Shown piece by piece: positions 27,772 through 42,035 of a DNA stretch of 64,000 nt. Numbering within the stretch: the stretch's first letter is position 1; the number at the start of each line of letters is the position of its first letter. A program made the position numbers and the translations under genes. The notes below the pieces were generated by a model. The model made no database searches, had not been told where the DNA came from, and saw only the letters and a list, made by a program, of their open reading frames with translations. Source of the stretch: Eledone cirrhosa (lineage: Eukaryota); NCBI GenBank assembly GCA_964016885.1, contig OZ024750.1, positions 15,252,001 through 15,316,000 on the forward strand. The letters are read 5' to 3'.

Positions 27772-28476
27772 TTCTTCTTCTTCTTCTTCTTCTTCTTCTT
27801 CTTCTTCTTCTTCTTCTTCTTCTTCTTCTTCTTCTTCTTCTTCTTCTTCTTCTTCTTCTCTTCTTCTTCTTCTTCTTCTTCTTCTTCTTCTTCTTCTCTT
27901 CTTCTTCTTCTTCTTCTTCTTCTTCTTCTTCTTCTTCTTCTTCTTCTTCTTCTTCTTCTTCTTCTTCTTCTTCTTCTTCTTCTTCTTCTTCTCTTCTTCT
28001 CTTCTTCTTCTTCTTCTTCTTCTTCTTCTTCTTCTTCTTCTTCTTCTTCTTCTTCTTCTTCTTCTTCTTCTTCTTCTTCTTCTTCTTCTTCTTCTTCTTC
28101 TTCTTCTTCTTCTTCTTCTTCTTCTTCTTCTTCTTCTTCTTCTTCTTCTTCTTCTTCTTCTTCTTCTTCTTCTTCTTCTTCTTCTTCTTCTTCTTCTTCT
28201 TCTTCTTCTTCTTCTTCTTCTTCTTCTTCTTCTTCTTCTTCTTCTTCTTCTTCTTCTTCTTCTTCTTCTTCTTCTTCTTCTTCTTCTTCTTCTTCTTCTT
28301 CTTCTTCTTCTTCTTCTTCTTCTTCTTCTTCTTCTTCTTCTTCTTCTTCTTCTTCTTCTTCTTCTTCTTCTTCTTCTTCTTCTTCTTCTTCTTCTTCTTC
28401 TTCTTCTTCTTCTTCTTCTTCTTCTTCTTCTTCTTCTCTTCTTCTTCTTCTTCTTCTTCTTCTTCTTCTTCTTCTT
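27772..28476. repeat. ~700 bp (TTC)n tract, expanded tail of the adjacent LINE end
   Basis: Direct; abuts 28477. Confidence 0.97.
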
Positions 28477-28590
28477 GAGAAGGTCGTGGCAGGAGGCAGA
28501 GACACTCTTTCTAGCGAGTCCTGTCAGAAGCAACTGTCTCCAACTAATCTGGCTGGACCCCCCAAGCGAGACCAGCCAAACTCAAGCATG
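28477..28590 (-). mobile_element. RTE-like LINE 3' end with (GAA)n tail
   Basis: Homologous to 30175-30292; both run into (GAA)n on the minus strand. Confidence 0.7.
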
Positions 28591-28910
28591 TCGGACTAGG
28601 TTGTATAATTTAAATATCCATTTAGATTGTTGAATACTTGCATATATATATCATGAAACAACTGTTAGTTTAGAACACTAGTTATCAATCAGACATAGAG
28701 CTTTAAAAGCATATTTTTTGATATAATGAAATTACAAGATTCTAGTACAGCTGAAATGCGTGTAATGTTTTTTTTTCAGAACATTGATTTATCTTTCAGG
28801 TTTCATATGTTACAACTATAGCTAAATCATATGTAGTTATCGTTATATCTACGTCCTCTCTCTATTTTCCTCTCTCCTCTCTCTCACACTCACGATATAA
28901 TATATGTATA

Positions 28911-28976
<66 letters not shown>

Positions 28977-28983
28977 TATATAT

Positions 28984-29442
28984 TGTTATGCTTTGGGAGG
29001 GTCATGTTGCCAATAAGAACACACGCACCAGTTGCTTTCACTTCAATTTATTATAAATTATATTTATAAATTTAGGAATTTATAAATTTCCGGTTGGTGG
29101 TTGGTTCCACAACCAGACGATGGTTCATATATTGTCAAAGTTCTTTCGTCACACATTCTGTGACGTCTTCAGTGACTGGGGATTATTTTCTTTGTTTTTG
29201 TGCCTCTCCTTTGTTCTGTCCTACGCCATCTTGTTTTTGTGTGTGTGTTGTGTGCTTAGTTTGCGCATGTGTTACATCCGGATGTCTGTGTGTGTTTATA
29301 TTTGTTTATTTAATTTGTTTATTTACATGTTACTGGTTGGTTGTTTGTTCTATGTGTGTGTGTGTTTTCATTTTGTCCTTAACTGTAAGTTGTGATGTTG
29401 CTTTTTCATTCATAAAGAACCTTGCTAAACAAATTCAGAAAC

Positions 29443-29448
<6 letters not shown>
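28984..29448 (-). mobile_element. (TA)n-flanked pLTR-like element (family E) with hammerhead at 29134-29176
   Basis: gtca CTGAAGA c gtcaca-gaatg-tgtgac GAA AGAACT T tgac; terminus GGCAACATGACCCTCCCAAAG.ATAACA shared with 56160-56190. Confidence 0.75.
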
Positions 29449-29492
<44 letters not shown>

Positions 29493-30174
29493 ATGTGTGT
29501 GTGTGTGTATATATCTGTATATGTATATATATTTATATATGTGTGTGTGTGTATATATCTGTATATGTATATATATATATTTATATGTGTGTGTGTATGT
29601 ATATATATATATGTGTGCGTATATATGTATATGTATGTGTATATGTATGTATATATATATATATATAAAAATGTATATACGCATAAAAGTAATAATCAAC
29701 AAGTGATGGGAGTTTTTATATCAGTAGAAGATGTTACAATAACATTATATGAAGCTACCGTCTGGTTTCATACCTATTATTTCATTGGAGATAAACTATC
29801 ACTACACGTGCTCCGTAATCTCCAGACATTAATATTGATGTTCAAGAATAACTATACCAACCATTCAACTGTAAATATTAATATGGTAAATTGCAGAGCT
29901 GTTTGAGTGACGGAATAAATGCCTCTACATTTGTGCCAGGTCTCTGCATTCTGAATTGAAATCGACAAAATATAAGGATCTAGCCTCTTCTTCTTCTTCT
30001 TTTTATTTTAATTTTTATTTTTCTTCTTCTTCTTCTTCTTCTTCTTCTTCTTCTTCTTCTTCTTCTTCTTCTTCTTCTTCTTCTTCTTTCTTCTTCTTCT
30101 TCTTCTTCTTTTTCTTTTTTTTCTTCTTCTTCTTCTTCTTCTTCTTCTTCTTCTTCGTCCACTCTTTCTTCTTG

Positions 30175-30292
30175 AGAATGTCGTGGTGGGAGGTAGAAAC
30201 CTCAGACACTCCTAGCGAGTCCTCCTGCCAGAAGCAACTGTCTCCAATGATCTGGCTGGATCCCCAAGCGAGACCAGCCAAGCTCAAGCATA
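30175..30292 (-). mobile_element. RTE-like LINE 3' end with (GAA)n tail (29986-30174)
   Basis: Peptide LSLAGLAWGSSQIIGDSCFWQ resembles the RTE C-terminal GLxWxxxxxxAxDRxxW. Confidence 0.7.
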
Positions 30293-30531
30293 TTGGAATT
30301 CCTAAAGCAGTTGAGAGAAAGGTACGAAAGGAATGTTTCCTTTTCAACAAGATATAGATGGTTTTGGTCACAACCCTTCAAAGATTGCCGACTGAAGCTC
30401 TTATAACATAAAAGTTCCTATCAATAGTTGGCGAAATGAAGAGACCTGCTTTTTCTTGAATAAATTATTTTCGTCTCTGGCGCTGCTCACTCTTCTCTAT
30501 CTTGCTATTTCTTTTTTAATTTGACATTCTA

Positions 30532-30567
30532 TTTTCTGATGAAGGAGTAGAGCCTGAAACGTTAAGA
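30532..30567 (+). ncRNA. Minimal type I hammerhead
   Basis: tttt CTGATGA agg-agtagag-cct GAA ACGT T aaga. Confidence 0.7.
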
Positions 30568-30647
30568 CCTTTCCTACTATATTAAGCGTAAAAACTAATA
30601 TATATCTTCATTGTACTTCATCAACAGCTGTATTGTATCTATGGTTT

Positions 30648-30744
<97 letters not shown>

Positions 30745-31385
30745 ATACACACACGTACACTTATATATTTATATACTCTATTATCAATAGTGTGTTCTAC
30801 CTCGCCTGTGTATGTGTATATGTATATATATGTGTATATGTATGCGTACATATGTGTGTTTTTATCCATATGTGTAGAGAGAATTGATTATGCAAATAGG
30901 ATTGAAGGCCCACAATTCTCCAGATATACTATACTTACGACCATATTATCTAATGTGCTGTTCAATTTTTTAAAAAGTGACTTTGTGGCGATTTTTCTTT
31001 TTTACTATTTATAGCAGGTCGAGTCACATTTATTAAATTTTTGATTGCTTCACCTAGATTTTGTTTTTGCCATTCCAAGAAACATACCTACAACACAATT
31101 TTCCAAATTCGTTCTGGTATTTAGCAATAGAAAATAAGAAGATTCCGAATATAATGTAACGATCCTTCCTCAGAAATTATGGACCATTTCACTAATTTCC
31201 TGCGTAGTTTTTCCGAATGTTATAATTCCAATTGTTCAGTGAAATTATGATTGACAATAATAGCAATATATTGCGTTAAACGTTATTTGGATTATCAGAA
31301 TTGAATATAGATGATTTAAGTTTAATCGTCTTTGCCAAACTTTTGAGATGATACAAATCCTTTTATAACCACTTAGAATTTACAG

Positions 31386-31410
31386 GAAGAAAGCGCCATT
31401 TATTAGACAG
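31386..31410 (+). CDS. Candidate micro-exon RKRHLLD(R)
   Basis: tttacag|...CAG|gtgtct; phase 1 to 2, compatible with the 40430 exon. Confidence 0.25.
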
Positions 31411-31497
31411 GTGTCTATCATCTGCAAATGAAATATTTCAAAGTTGGACTTTCTAAAAGACAATGTCATTTCTGATGGGATGACAATCATTATTTAA

Positions 31498-31717
31498 GGG
31501 CGGTGGATTAGCAGTATCGGTAGAGCGTCGAAACACATGCTTTGTGGCATAGAGTTACGGCCTTTTACTTTCTGTGTTCAAATTCCACCGAGGTTAGCTT
31601 TGCCTTTTATCCTGACGGGGTCGATAAAATAAAGTACCAGTAACGTACTGGCGTCGATTTAATCGACTTTACCCTCTCCTAAAATTATTGGTCTTGTGCT
31701 TATATTAGAAACCATTG
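31498..31717 (+). mobile_element. tRNA-SINE, long-tail subfamily
   Basis: Head, core and tail. Confidence 0.9.
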
Positions 31718-31963
31718 TTTTAAAGGAGTAAAGCAGAGAATTTGGCAAAGCTGTTAACGCATCGGATTAATTTGACAATGTATGTATTCCCTAATGTATG
31801 TATACACTAAGCTCTGAATTGAAATCCCACCGAAAATTATGAAAATATGGAAGAAGACCGTAGAGATAATGAGGTGTATTTGAAATATATTACAAGGAAT
31901 TTTGTCAAACAGAAGCAATTAATGGAGGTAAATGCATCTCTGTCATTATGTATGTATATATAA

Positions 31964-32011
<48 letters not shown>

Positions 32012-32121
32012 ATGCATGCGTCTCTGTAAATAGATTGACGATTGACACGTGGAAAAGAATTCACTTTATATAAATGAAAATATATATATATGTATATATT
32101 TATACATATATATATATATAT

Positions 32122-32356
32122 ATTTATTAAAATAACAGATTAAAGTTTAAGCAAAGAATCGCTGCTTTCACCCTTAACGGGATCTTCTGAAGAGTTTCAG
32201 AAGATCCCGTTAAGGGTAAAAGCAGTGATTCTTTGCTTAAACTTTAATCTGTTATTTTAATAAATATTTGCTCTACGGTTTTTATATATTTGATATATAT
32301 TTATCCTTATCGAGCCCTCTTTGGATTTTAGTCTTCAAATTTATTATTATTACTAT
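32122..32356 (+). mobile_element. Hammerhead family D fold-back insertion
   Basis: Inverted arm 32122-32192 plus long arm; folds immediately 5' of the hammerhead core; in (TA)n. Confidence 0.88.
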
Positions 32357-32358
32357 AA

Positions 32359-32457
<99 letters not shown>

Positions 32458-32587
32458 CATATGCATGTATACATATATATACATATAAACATATATATAC
32501 ATATATATATATATACATATATACATACACATAGATATATGCATATATATATATATGTATATATTTATATATTTATGCATCTCACAA

Positions 32588-32695
32588 ATGAAATAGTTCT
32601 AGTCCTGTAGAAGATCTTCTATATTAAAACTTTTATACTCTGCTAAGTATTGAATACCTTACTTACTGTGGTCACCTCCGACTCAACCCGGAATA

Positions 32696-32700
<5 letters not shown>
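32588..32700 (+). mobile_element. Hammerhead family C, 5'-truncated
   Basis: GAAATAGTTCTAGTCCTGTAGAA..CAACCCGGAATAA then (TA)n. Confidence 0.8.
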
Positions 32701-32747
<47 letters not shown>

Positions 32748-32937
32748 CTCGGTTGAGATACTCTATAAATCTGTCACAAGTATTTGTTCATATAAGTAAA
32801 TGATTGCAGGGAAAAATATTTTCGAATAATATACTGAAACGACACGACGTTGTCAATTATTGCCGCTAGCCCTGTAATCATAACGTCCAGTACTGACATA
32901 CCATTAAGTCTATATATATGTCTGCCTCTACTTAGTA

Positions 32938-33009
32938 TCGTTTTATTGCAGCCATTGTTATAGACCTATATCTCTCTGCTTTATCTTGTATATACACACA
33001 CACACTCAC

Positions 33010-33055
<46 letters not shown>

Positions 33056-33061
33056 TTTATG

Positions 33062-33151
<90 letters not shown>

Positions 33152-33263
33152 AATCTCTCTCCCACCTCCCTCTCTCTCTATATATATATGTGTGTATGTG
33201 TGAGTGTGTATACAAGATAAAGGAAGAGAGAGATATAGGTCTTTAACAATGGCTGCAATAAAA

Positions 33264-33267
<4 letters not shown>
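32938..33267. repeat. Inverted duplication including mirrored microsatellites
   Basis: ATCGTTTTATTGCAGCCATTGTTA.AGACCTATATCTCTCT.. versus its reverse complement at 33208-33267. Confidence 0.9.
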
Positions 33268-33332
<65 letters not shown>

Positions 33333-33347
33333 TAAATATACACACAC

Positions 33348-33404
<57 letters not shown>

Positions 33405-33411
33405 TAAATAT

Positions 33412-33468
<57 letters not shown>

Positions 33469-34335
33469 CATATATATATACATACATACACATATATATA
33501 TATATACATATATATGTATATATTTATATATATATATATACATGTATATGTATAACCATGTGCAAATGTGCAACTAGACAACCCTTTCATGTCTATTCAT
33601 CTTGCTCCGACTACCATTAATCCTGTCTTACGTTAGAAAAGATATTTCGTAACCATGCATCTTCAGTCGAGGGTGTTGACAAATGGAACAAATGCTCAAA
33701 AGAAGCATCTGGCTCATAAACGAAAACACCCCGAACAACATTATCAAATAGAAGATCGTTGAGAGATGAGCGTCTTATATAAATAGCATTTAAATGTGTG
33801 ACATGTGCACTATAGAGAAATACATGAACCTCACATCGGTAATGATATAATACGACTCTAAGCTGGAGACGTTCAGTAAAATTAAATTTGCCAATAAATT
33901 TACAGAACTAATCAACCTAAAGTATATATGTTTATAGATGTCTAGTCGACGAAAGCATGAATAAGGTATTATTTAATAAGGTTTCCCTTTCATGTTTTTT
34001 TATTTTCATTTTCATTTTCATTTTAACTTATTTTTATTAGTATTTATTTCCTGTCGTTTTTTTGTTTATCGAACTGGTACTTCCTTACAGATTTTACAAA
34101 AGTCATTTAAATTTATTACACATCAACACATGTAATTATAAAATAGGTTAACATATTTAATTTATTCATATGTATTGCTGCCTTTCGAATAATGTTTTCC
34201 AAGATTTGCACAAAATGCAGAAAAAGTGTTCGGGTGGGGTGAAAAGAATGTTTTTGTGTGTGCTAAAAGAAAATATATTCCTTCATTGAGAAATACATAT
34301 AGCGAGATGTCGGCATATATAAACATATAGATATA

Positions 34336-34499
34336 TAACAAAGAGGGTGTGGTAAGATACCAGGTGCACCATAATGCACCAGAGTACTCAATACTTAAGG
34401 TAGTAGAATGGGAAAGAGTCAGGACCCCGACGGCAGAGATCTGGCTGTCGAAACGGCTGGAGCTCAGCCGTCGGGGTCCTGACTCTTTTCCTTTTCCTA
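34336..34499 (-). mobile_element. Family A fold-back insertion
   Basis: Long minus arm; short arm ending TTTTCCT. Confidence 0.8.
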
Positions 34500-34510
34500 T
34501 ATATATATAT

Positions 34511-34733
<223 letters not shown>

Positions 34734-35496
34734 GTGTGTGTGTGTGTGTTTGTTCTATAGTTTAAATGTGTGTGCGAATTGAACAGAGGGAGCATGATAT
34801 TTTTTCCTTTGGAGTAATGCTGTTATATCTCTACGTATATATTTAATTGTGCTTCATAAAATAAAACGCATCGACTGACTATATGCAAAGATTGAGAAAT
34901 AAATACATTTATCTTTATTTATATTTATTCTTATATATGAACCAAGGCATAATGTAATGCAGATCAAACATATATAATAGATACATAAATATAGTCAGCA
35001 GAAGTAGTTGTACGTGCTTACCCAAGTATATTATAGTTAGTTAGGAAAATATTAGTTATCCTACACTGCTAGATTTGATCCATTATTGATCAAGCTAATC
35101 TACTTACGTTGATTGCTTGAACAAATATTCATACAGTTAGAAATGAAGTCTTAAGTCAGAGGAATGATTTATTAAACGCTTTTCTTCTTGTTTTCTTTTG
35201 TTTTTCTCGATCAATCACTGATTCTTCTCATACTTGCCCACATTGATTCGCCGTCATCGTAACTTGTATGTCTTTCTTCTTCTTCTTCTTCTTCTTCTTC
35301 TTCTTCTTGGTTGCCCCCATTGTTTTATACATTTACAAGAACATAAAAAAACAAAAACAACATAAATACACACACAAAGACTCAAACACATTTATATATA
35401 TACATATATACATACACATACACTCACACACACACGCACACACACACACACATATATATAGTTATATATATATATACATATATATATGTGTGTGTG

Positions 35497-35533
<37 letters not shown>

Positions 35534-35579
35534 ACGCACACACATATATATATATATGTACATACATATATATATATAA

Positions 35580-35648
<69 letters not shown>

Positions 35649-35716
35649 TATATATATATATTCATATATATATATATATAAATATATATTCATATATATA
35701 TATATATAAATATATA

Positions 35717-35856
<140 letters not shown>

Positions 35857-35880
35857 TATATATATATATATAAATATATA

Positions 35881-36178
<298 letters not shown>

Positions 36179-36427
36179 TATATATATATATAAAATATAA
36201 ATGTATATATTTCTGCTTCCGGCTGTGTCTCTGTCCGGGTTTTGCAGGAGATTTAATAATGTTGCTGGTGATGTATGAAAATGTCAGTTACGAGAAATGT
36301 TGCATCACGTGATATTCGATTCAAGCGAGAAATCAAACTGCATCGGTGCAAGTTCGAAATAACGGTGGGACCGAAATGTAGTCCTCCTTTTTATAAACAA
36401 TTCATTACCCAGTATCTAAAAATAATA

Positions 36428-36730
36428 ATTGTTTCTACTTTTAGCACAAGGCCAGCAAATACCCAGTGTATTACTGCTACTTTATTTTATCGACCCCGTA
36501 AGGATGAAAGGCAAAGTTAACCTCGGCGGGATTTGAACTCAGACCGTAAAGGGACGTAACTATGCTGGAAAGCATGGCGCCCGACCCTCTACTGATACTG
36601 CAATGGTTTCTGATTTACCTTTCATCCTACCGGGGTCGATAAATTAAAGTATCACTCAAATACCGGAATTGATTTAATAAACTTTGTCGTTCTCCGAAAT
36701 TTGCTGGTCTTGGGTTTAAATTAGAAATAA
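36428..36730. mobile_element. tRNA-SINE (minus, 36428-36603) abutting a + strand SINE 3' fragment (36615-36730)
   Basis: Core motifs on both strands. Confidence 0.85.
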
Positions 36731-37503
36731 TTACGAACCGGCTATCAGCCACATTAAGTGGAAGGTTACTCAGTGTGAAAATCCATGGGTTTATCCTGGC
36801 CATATTATCTTGAAAATGATTCAAACAAAATCTCAGGCAAACAAACCCATGAAATTCTCTGGTTTCATTATATAGTATATAGCATTATAAACCAATTAAT
36901 CAACGACAGATGGAGATTACTAACAAAGCTGATATATATTTACCTATTATCACACACATGTACACAAGCTCCAAACACATAGGAATTAAACTCCCACTGT
37001 CACTGCCTCCGACTCTCCCGCTCTTCCCATCTCATCTCTCAGACATACTATTTTGATATCCACATCTTATTGTCCACCTCCTACTAAAACTTAAATAACG
37101 GTACTCATATACACCTACACATTAATCATGTTACGAAAACTCAAGCTATTACTATTTTTACAATATAACAACACGTATTTTATACTAGCCGGGAAGATAT
37201 GTAGTAAGCACATTCCAAATGTAATTATCTTTTGGCATAAAAGGTAAATCAATCCTTATTCGTACCTCGCCCGAAACACTACGCATTAAAACGGTTAATA
37301 TACGCTCAAGATGTTTTAATTTAAAAAGATCTAAAATAAATATGACTGATACATAAAAACTGAAACACACGCTAACATGTGGTGTGTGTATTTGCACAAG
37401 TGATAAGAGTATTCAATAAATATAGTAGAGAATATGTATTTATTAAAAACTGATATAACACAAAGTTTTCCGATGACACACTATATATATATATATATAT
37501 ATA

Positions 37504-37715
37504 CGTTATTCCGGGTTGAATCGGAGGTAACCACAGTAAGTAAGGTACTCAATACATAGCAGAGTATAAAAGTTTTAATATAGATGAGATTCTACAGGAC
37601 TAGAACTGTTTCATTCTTTAGAAATCATCAGGAATCAGAGATCAGGAATCAGAGATTCCTGATGATTTCTAAAGAATGAAACAGTTCTAGTCCTGTAGAA
37701 TCTCATCTATATTAA

Positions 37716-37718
<3 letters not shown>
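37504..37718 (-). mobile_element. Hammerhead family C fold-back insertion
   Basis: Long minus arm plus short + arm; ATCAGGAATCAGAG duplicated at the fold; in (TA)n. Confidence 0.9.
37652..37704 (+). ncRNA. Type I hammerhead (family C)
   Basis: gagattc CTGATGA t-ttc-taaa-gaa-t GAA Acag-ttctagtc-ctgT A gaatctc; 7 bp stem I; GUA cleavage site. Confidence 0.85.
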
Positions 37719-37753
<35 letters not shown>

Positions 37754-38143
37754 TCTCTTTCTCTCTCTGTCTCTCGCTCTGTATATATAGAGGAGACTCA
37801 AACCAAATATACATAATATATATGTGTGTGTGGGGTGGGTGTGAGTGAGTGATTTCTAATGTTGGAATATTTGAACATATGAAGATTTTACTTCTACATG
37901 TGTATACAAACACATATATATTTATGTTCGAAATAAAGTAGATACATACGTCAAACATTTTGTTTTTCAACAAATATACTCTTACTTGTATTTCACACCG
38001 ACATTTTGTATATTTTCATGTGTTGTTTGTTTTATTTCTTCTTTCTTCGAGATATTCTAAAATAGTTATTCAAATAAGCTACAGGTGTTTAGATTCTGCG
38101 TTCGACAGGATGATTTTATTTTCTGAACATCTTCGCGAAAACA

Positions 38144-38220
<77 letters not shown>

Positions 38221-38319
38221 CGTGTGCGCGCGCGCGCGTAGGTGTATGTGTGTGTATGTGTGTATGTGTGTATGTGTGTGTGTGCGTGTGTGTGTGTGTG
38301 TTATTTGTATTTCTCTTTA

Positions 38320-38463
38320 GTTCAAATCCTACCGATGCTAGCTTCGCCTTTCATTCCTATGGGTTCAATGAAATGAAGTACCAGTAATGCACTGGGGGAG
38401 ATTTATTTGACTTTCCCCTCTTCCTTTCAGACTGCTGAACTTGAAATATATGTAGAAACAATA
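38320..38463 (+). mobile_element. Old tRNA-SINE fragment
   Basis: GTTCAAATCC plus diverged core. Confidence 0.75.
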
Positions 38464-38489
38464 ATTTTGTTTCTCTGTCACATTTGTTC

Positions 38490-38568
<79 letters not shown>

Positions 38569-38866
38569 TAATATACATAGACACACATCAATACTAATCC
38601 TTTTTCCATTCAGAGGGATTTTTAAAATCCCAACTAACAGACTAATTCTATTTACCCAAATACGGCATAAGCCCACCTTACTACCTAATTTTCAAATTCG
38701 CTAGCCATTTGATAACAAAGCCTGCTTTGTGCCTCCCTATATATAGTGTCAACTGTTTTTGTAGAATATATAAAGGAAAGAGAGCACTCTATTTTATGTA
38801 CAGAGCTAAATTACTATTAATGTTACTCAACACAAATTTGTTATCTAAGGTTTCAAAGCCTACTCA

Positions 38867-38945
38867 TGCATAGGTCGTGGAAACACGATCAATGCTAGTT
38901 TGATAAGCAACAACTAGCATCGACCGAGTCTATATGACCTATGTA
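38867..38945. repeat. Imperfect ~80 bp hairpin
   Basis: TGCATAGGTCGT..ATGCTAGTT / AACTAGCAT..ATGACCTATGTA. Confidence 0.7.
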
Positions 38946-38980
38946 TAGAAGCAACTGTGATAAATAGCATTAATAATAAT

Positions 38981-39158
38981 TGTTTCTACTTCAGGCACAA
39001 GGCCAGCAATTACCCAGTACATTACTGGTACTTTATTTTATCGACCCCGTAAGGATGAAATTCAAAGTTAACCTTGGCGGGATTTGACCGTAAAGAGACG
39101 TAACTATGGTAGAAAGCATGGCGTCCAACCCTCCACCGATACTGCCAATTCATCGCCC
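38981..39158 (-). mobile_element. tRNA-SINE with TSD AATAGCATTAATAATAAT
   Basis: Full minus-strand copy; TSD on both sides. Confidence 0.9.
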
Positions 39159-39349
39159 TATGCGTTAATAGCATTAATAATAATGATAATGATAAAGTCA
39201 TTATTATGTATATATATATATAGATAGATATTGATATGTATATATAATATATTATTTCTATATACACACATATATATATATATATATAGATAGATAGATA
39301 GATAGATATTGATATGTATATATAATATATTATTTCTATATACACACAC

Positions 39350-39364
<15 letters not shown>

Positions 39365-39381
<17 letters not shown>

Positions 39382-39417
39382 ATAAGTATATATATAAGTA
39401 TATATATATATATATAA

Positions 39418-39478
<61 letters not shown>

Positions 39479-39503
39479 TATATATATATATAAGTATATA
39501 TAT

Positions 39504-39548
<45 letters not shown>

Positions 39549-39567
39549 TATATATATATATATATAC

Positions 39568-39602
<35 letters not shown>

Positions 39603-39617
39603 TATATATATATATAC

Positions 39618-39652
<35 letters not shown>

Positions 39653-39699
39653 TATATATATACGTACATATATATATATATATATATATATAAGTATAT

Positions 39700-39750
<51 letters not shown>

Positions 39751-39753
39751 TAT

Positions 39754-39786
<33 letters not shown>

Positions 39787-39813
39787 AGTATATATATATA
39801 TACGTACATATAA

Positions 39814-39878
<65 letters not shown>
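39365..39878. repeat. Interrupted (TA)n with higher-order AAGT/CGTAC units
   Basis: Direct. Confidence 0.95.
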
Positions 39879-39881
<3 letters not shown>

Positions 39882-40328
39882 TACCCGTTTTCGATCCGTT
39901 GCTGGAGATATCTACAGCAAGTGTATTGTGTATATAATTCAATTTTCTTCATTGGTCCAGACAACCAACTGCTATCGTGTTGGTATCAGTCTTGTAACTG
40001 TAGATGTCATAAATCTCTAAGATAGTTGTTTAATAATCGATACCAATAATAAAACATTAGAGGAATCCTACTATCTCAGTTTTTAAATGTTCCGTATTAC
40101 TATAGTATCGATAAATACTCTCCACTGTCTCTACTGCTGGTTTCCTTAGCTTAGAATATTCTTCAATATTCTTCTTAAATCACGAGATATTAAGTTTGTA
40201 TCGACGCCTGGAGATAAATTTCATAAAAGACTTTGACATAGAAATTGTGTTGTTTACTGGCTATATATATAGATGTATTATTTTCCGGTTTATGTTATGT
40301 TATATTTATGTGTGGGTGTGTTTGTGCG

Positions 40329-40368
<40 letters not shown>

Positions 40369-40429
40369 TTGCTTGGTTTATTCTTTCTGCTTCTGTCTCT
40401 GTTATTTTCAAATGTATTGCTTCTTGTAG

Positions 40430-40512
40430 AACTTTCAGCACAGAATCCTACATTTGTTCACTACCAAACTTGGATGAAAGTGTAGAAGCTGGAAACATTT
40501 ATAGTCAGGCAG
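40430..40512 (+). CDS. Candidate internal exon TFSTESYICSLPNLDESVEAGNIYSQA
   Basis: Pyrimidine tract, ttgtag|...CAG|gtacac; open frame, phase 2 to 1. Confidence 0.4.
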
Positions 40513-41279
40513 GTACACGTAACGAAGAAGAAGAAGAAGAAGAAGAAGAAGAAGAAGAAGAAGAAGAAGAAGAAGAAGAAGAAGAAGAAGAAACCGTGTA
40601 CTTTGGATTCAGACATTGTATTCTATTAGCGAAAAACTTATATTTATAATTACTTAAAGAAGGGTGTGGAAGGTCAAATGACGTTGACAAAAAATTCTGT
40701 CTTATTGTCTTTGATGTCTAATAACTAACCAGTCATAATTTTACTACAGTAAGCGGCACTACCATTACTTATCAAACAAAATATTTCTAAAACTCTGTCA
40801 GCCATTTCTGATAAATATACCGTTCCTTGCTTCATTGCCACATCTTGCACACACCTAGTCTTTTTTCTATTATTTATTCATTTATGTACCTATTTGCTTA
40901 CTTATTTATTTGTTTCGTCTTTCTCTATCTATTTACGACAAAACTTTAGATTGTCTATAGAAGCAAAAGCACAGCTTATGTGTCCCTTTTCAATATGTAT
41001 ATATATGCATACTCAGAAACCTTTTAGGTATATATATCAAGTCTATACACGTAGTCATAAATATTTATAATTTCATGAGATAGAACATTTAACAATATTC
41101 GTCAATATGGAATAACCTGCAATTAGATAATCAAATACTTTTATTTAGGTGCACTGCATACAGATTTGATTCTGTTTGATCTTCAGGGTATTTCTATATG
41201 TGATATACAAAAGCCCTCAGAAAATATCGACTCCATGTTCAATTCTGGTTCAAATTTTGTGCATGGATATTGGTAACTG

Positions 41280-41378
<99 letters not shown>

Positions 41379-41989
41379 TGGTGCTTGGATTAGGTACGCT
41401 TGGAAATATTTACTGATGAAACTATTTCCTAAAAATGGCGGAAGATTTGCAATTTACTCCCGTTGGAGATTATGGCGTCATGGGATGCAAAGTTTTGCCA
41501 ATTGTCTGAAGTAAGATTACTAGGCATACACAAGCGTATCTCAAACTTACATATTCTTACACTTTTCAATGGATTATTCATAGAATAATATACAGAAAAG
41601 ATTTTTAAGAGACTCTGAATATTATAAATGTTTTCAATTGTTGGGAATTATATTTACCATACTTCCTACACTCAAAATGGAATAGGTTGATTCAGTATAT
41701 ATTTTCTTAATATATACAATTTTCATGTGCACCGAGTGATCATACTGGTAACACTATCGGTAAATCAATGAATCACCTATACTTTATATATATGTATCAC
41801 AGACTTCTCACATACGAAGGACATGTGACAGGGAAACGACACCCCAGTCCCTCGTCACTTTCGTCCACATGCTCTCCCCCCCACCCACCCACCGCCCAAC
41901 CATTCTACTTCACACTTTTCTGTCTCATGCATCATTTTACACCACGGATCTCCAGCCATTTGCACCTGGACCGAACAACAGGCCAATAT

Positions 41990-42033
<44 letters not shown>

Positions 42034-42035
<2 letters not shown>

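Noticed and set aside
33580-33720. CR1-like LINE 3' remnant (also the RT-like bit at 51240-51350)
   Set aside because: Too short and degenerate to call by eye
41438-41460. CTGATGA as a hammerhead core (also 57077, 60228)
   Set aside because: No stem II/GAAA/stem I arrangement
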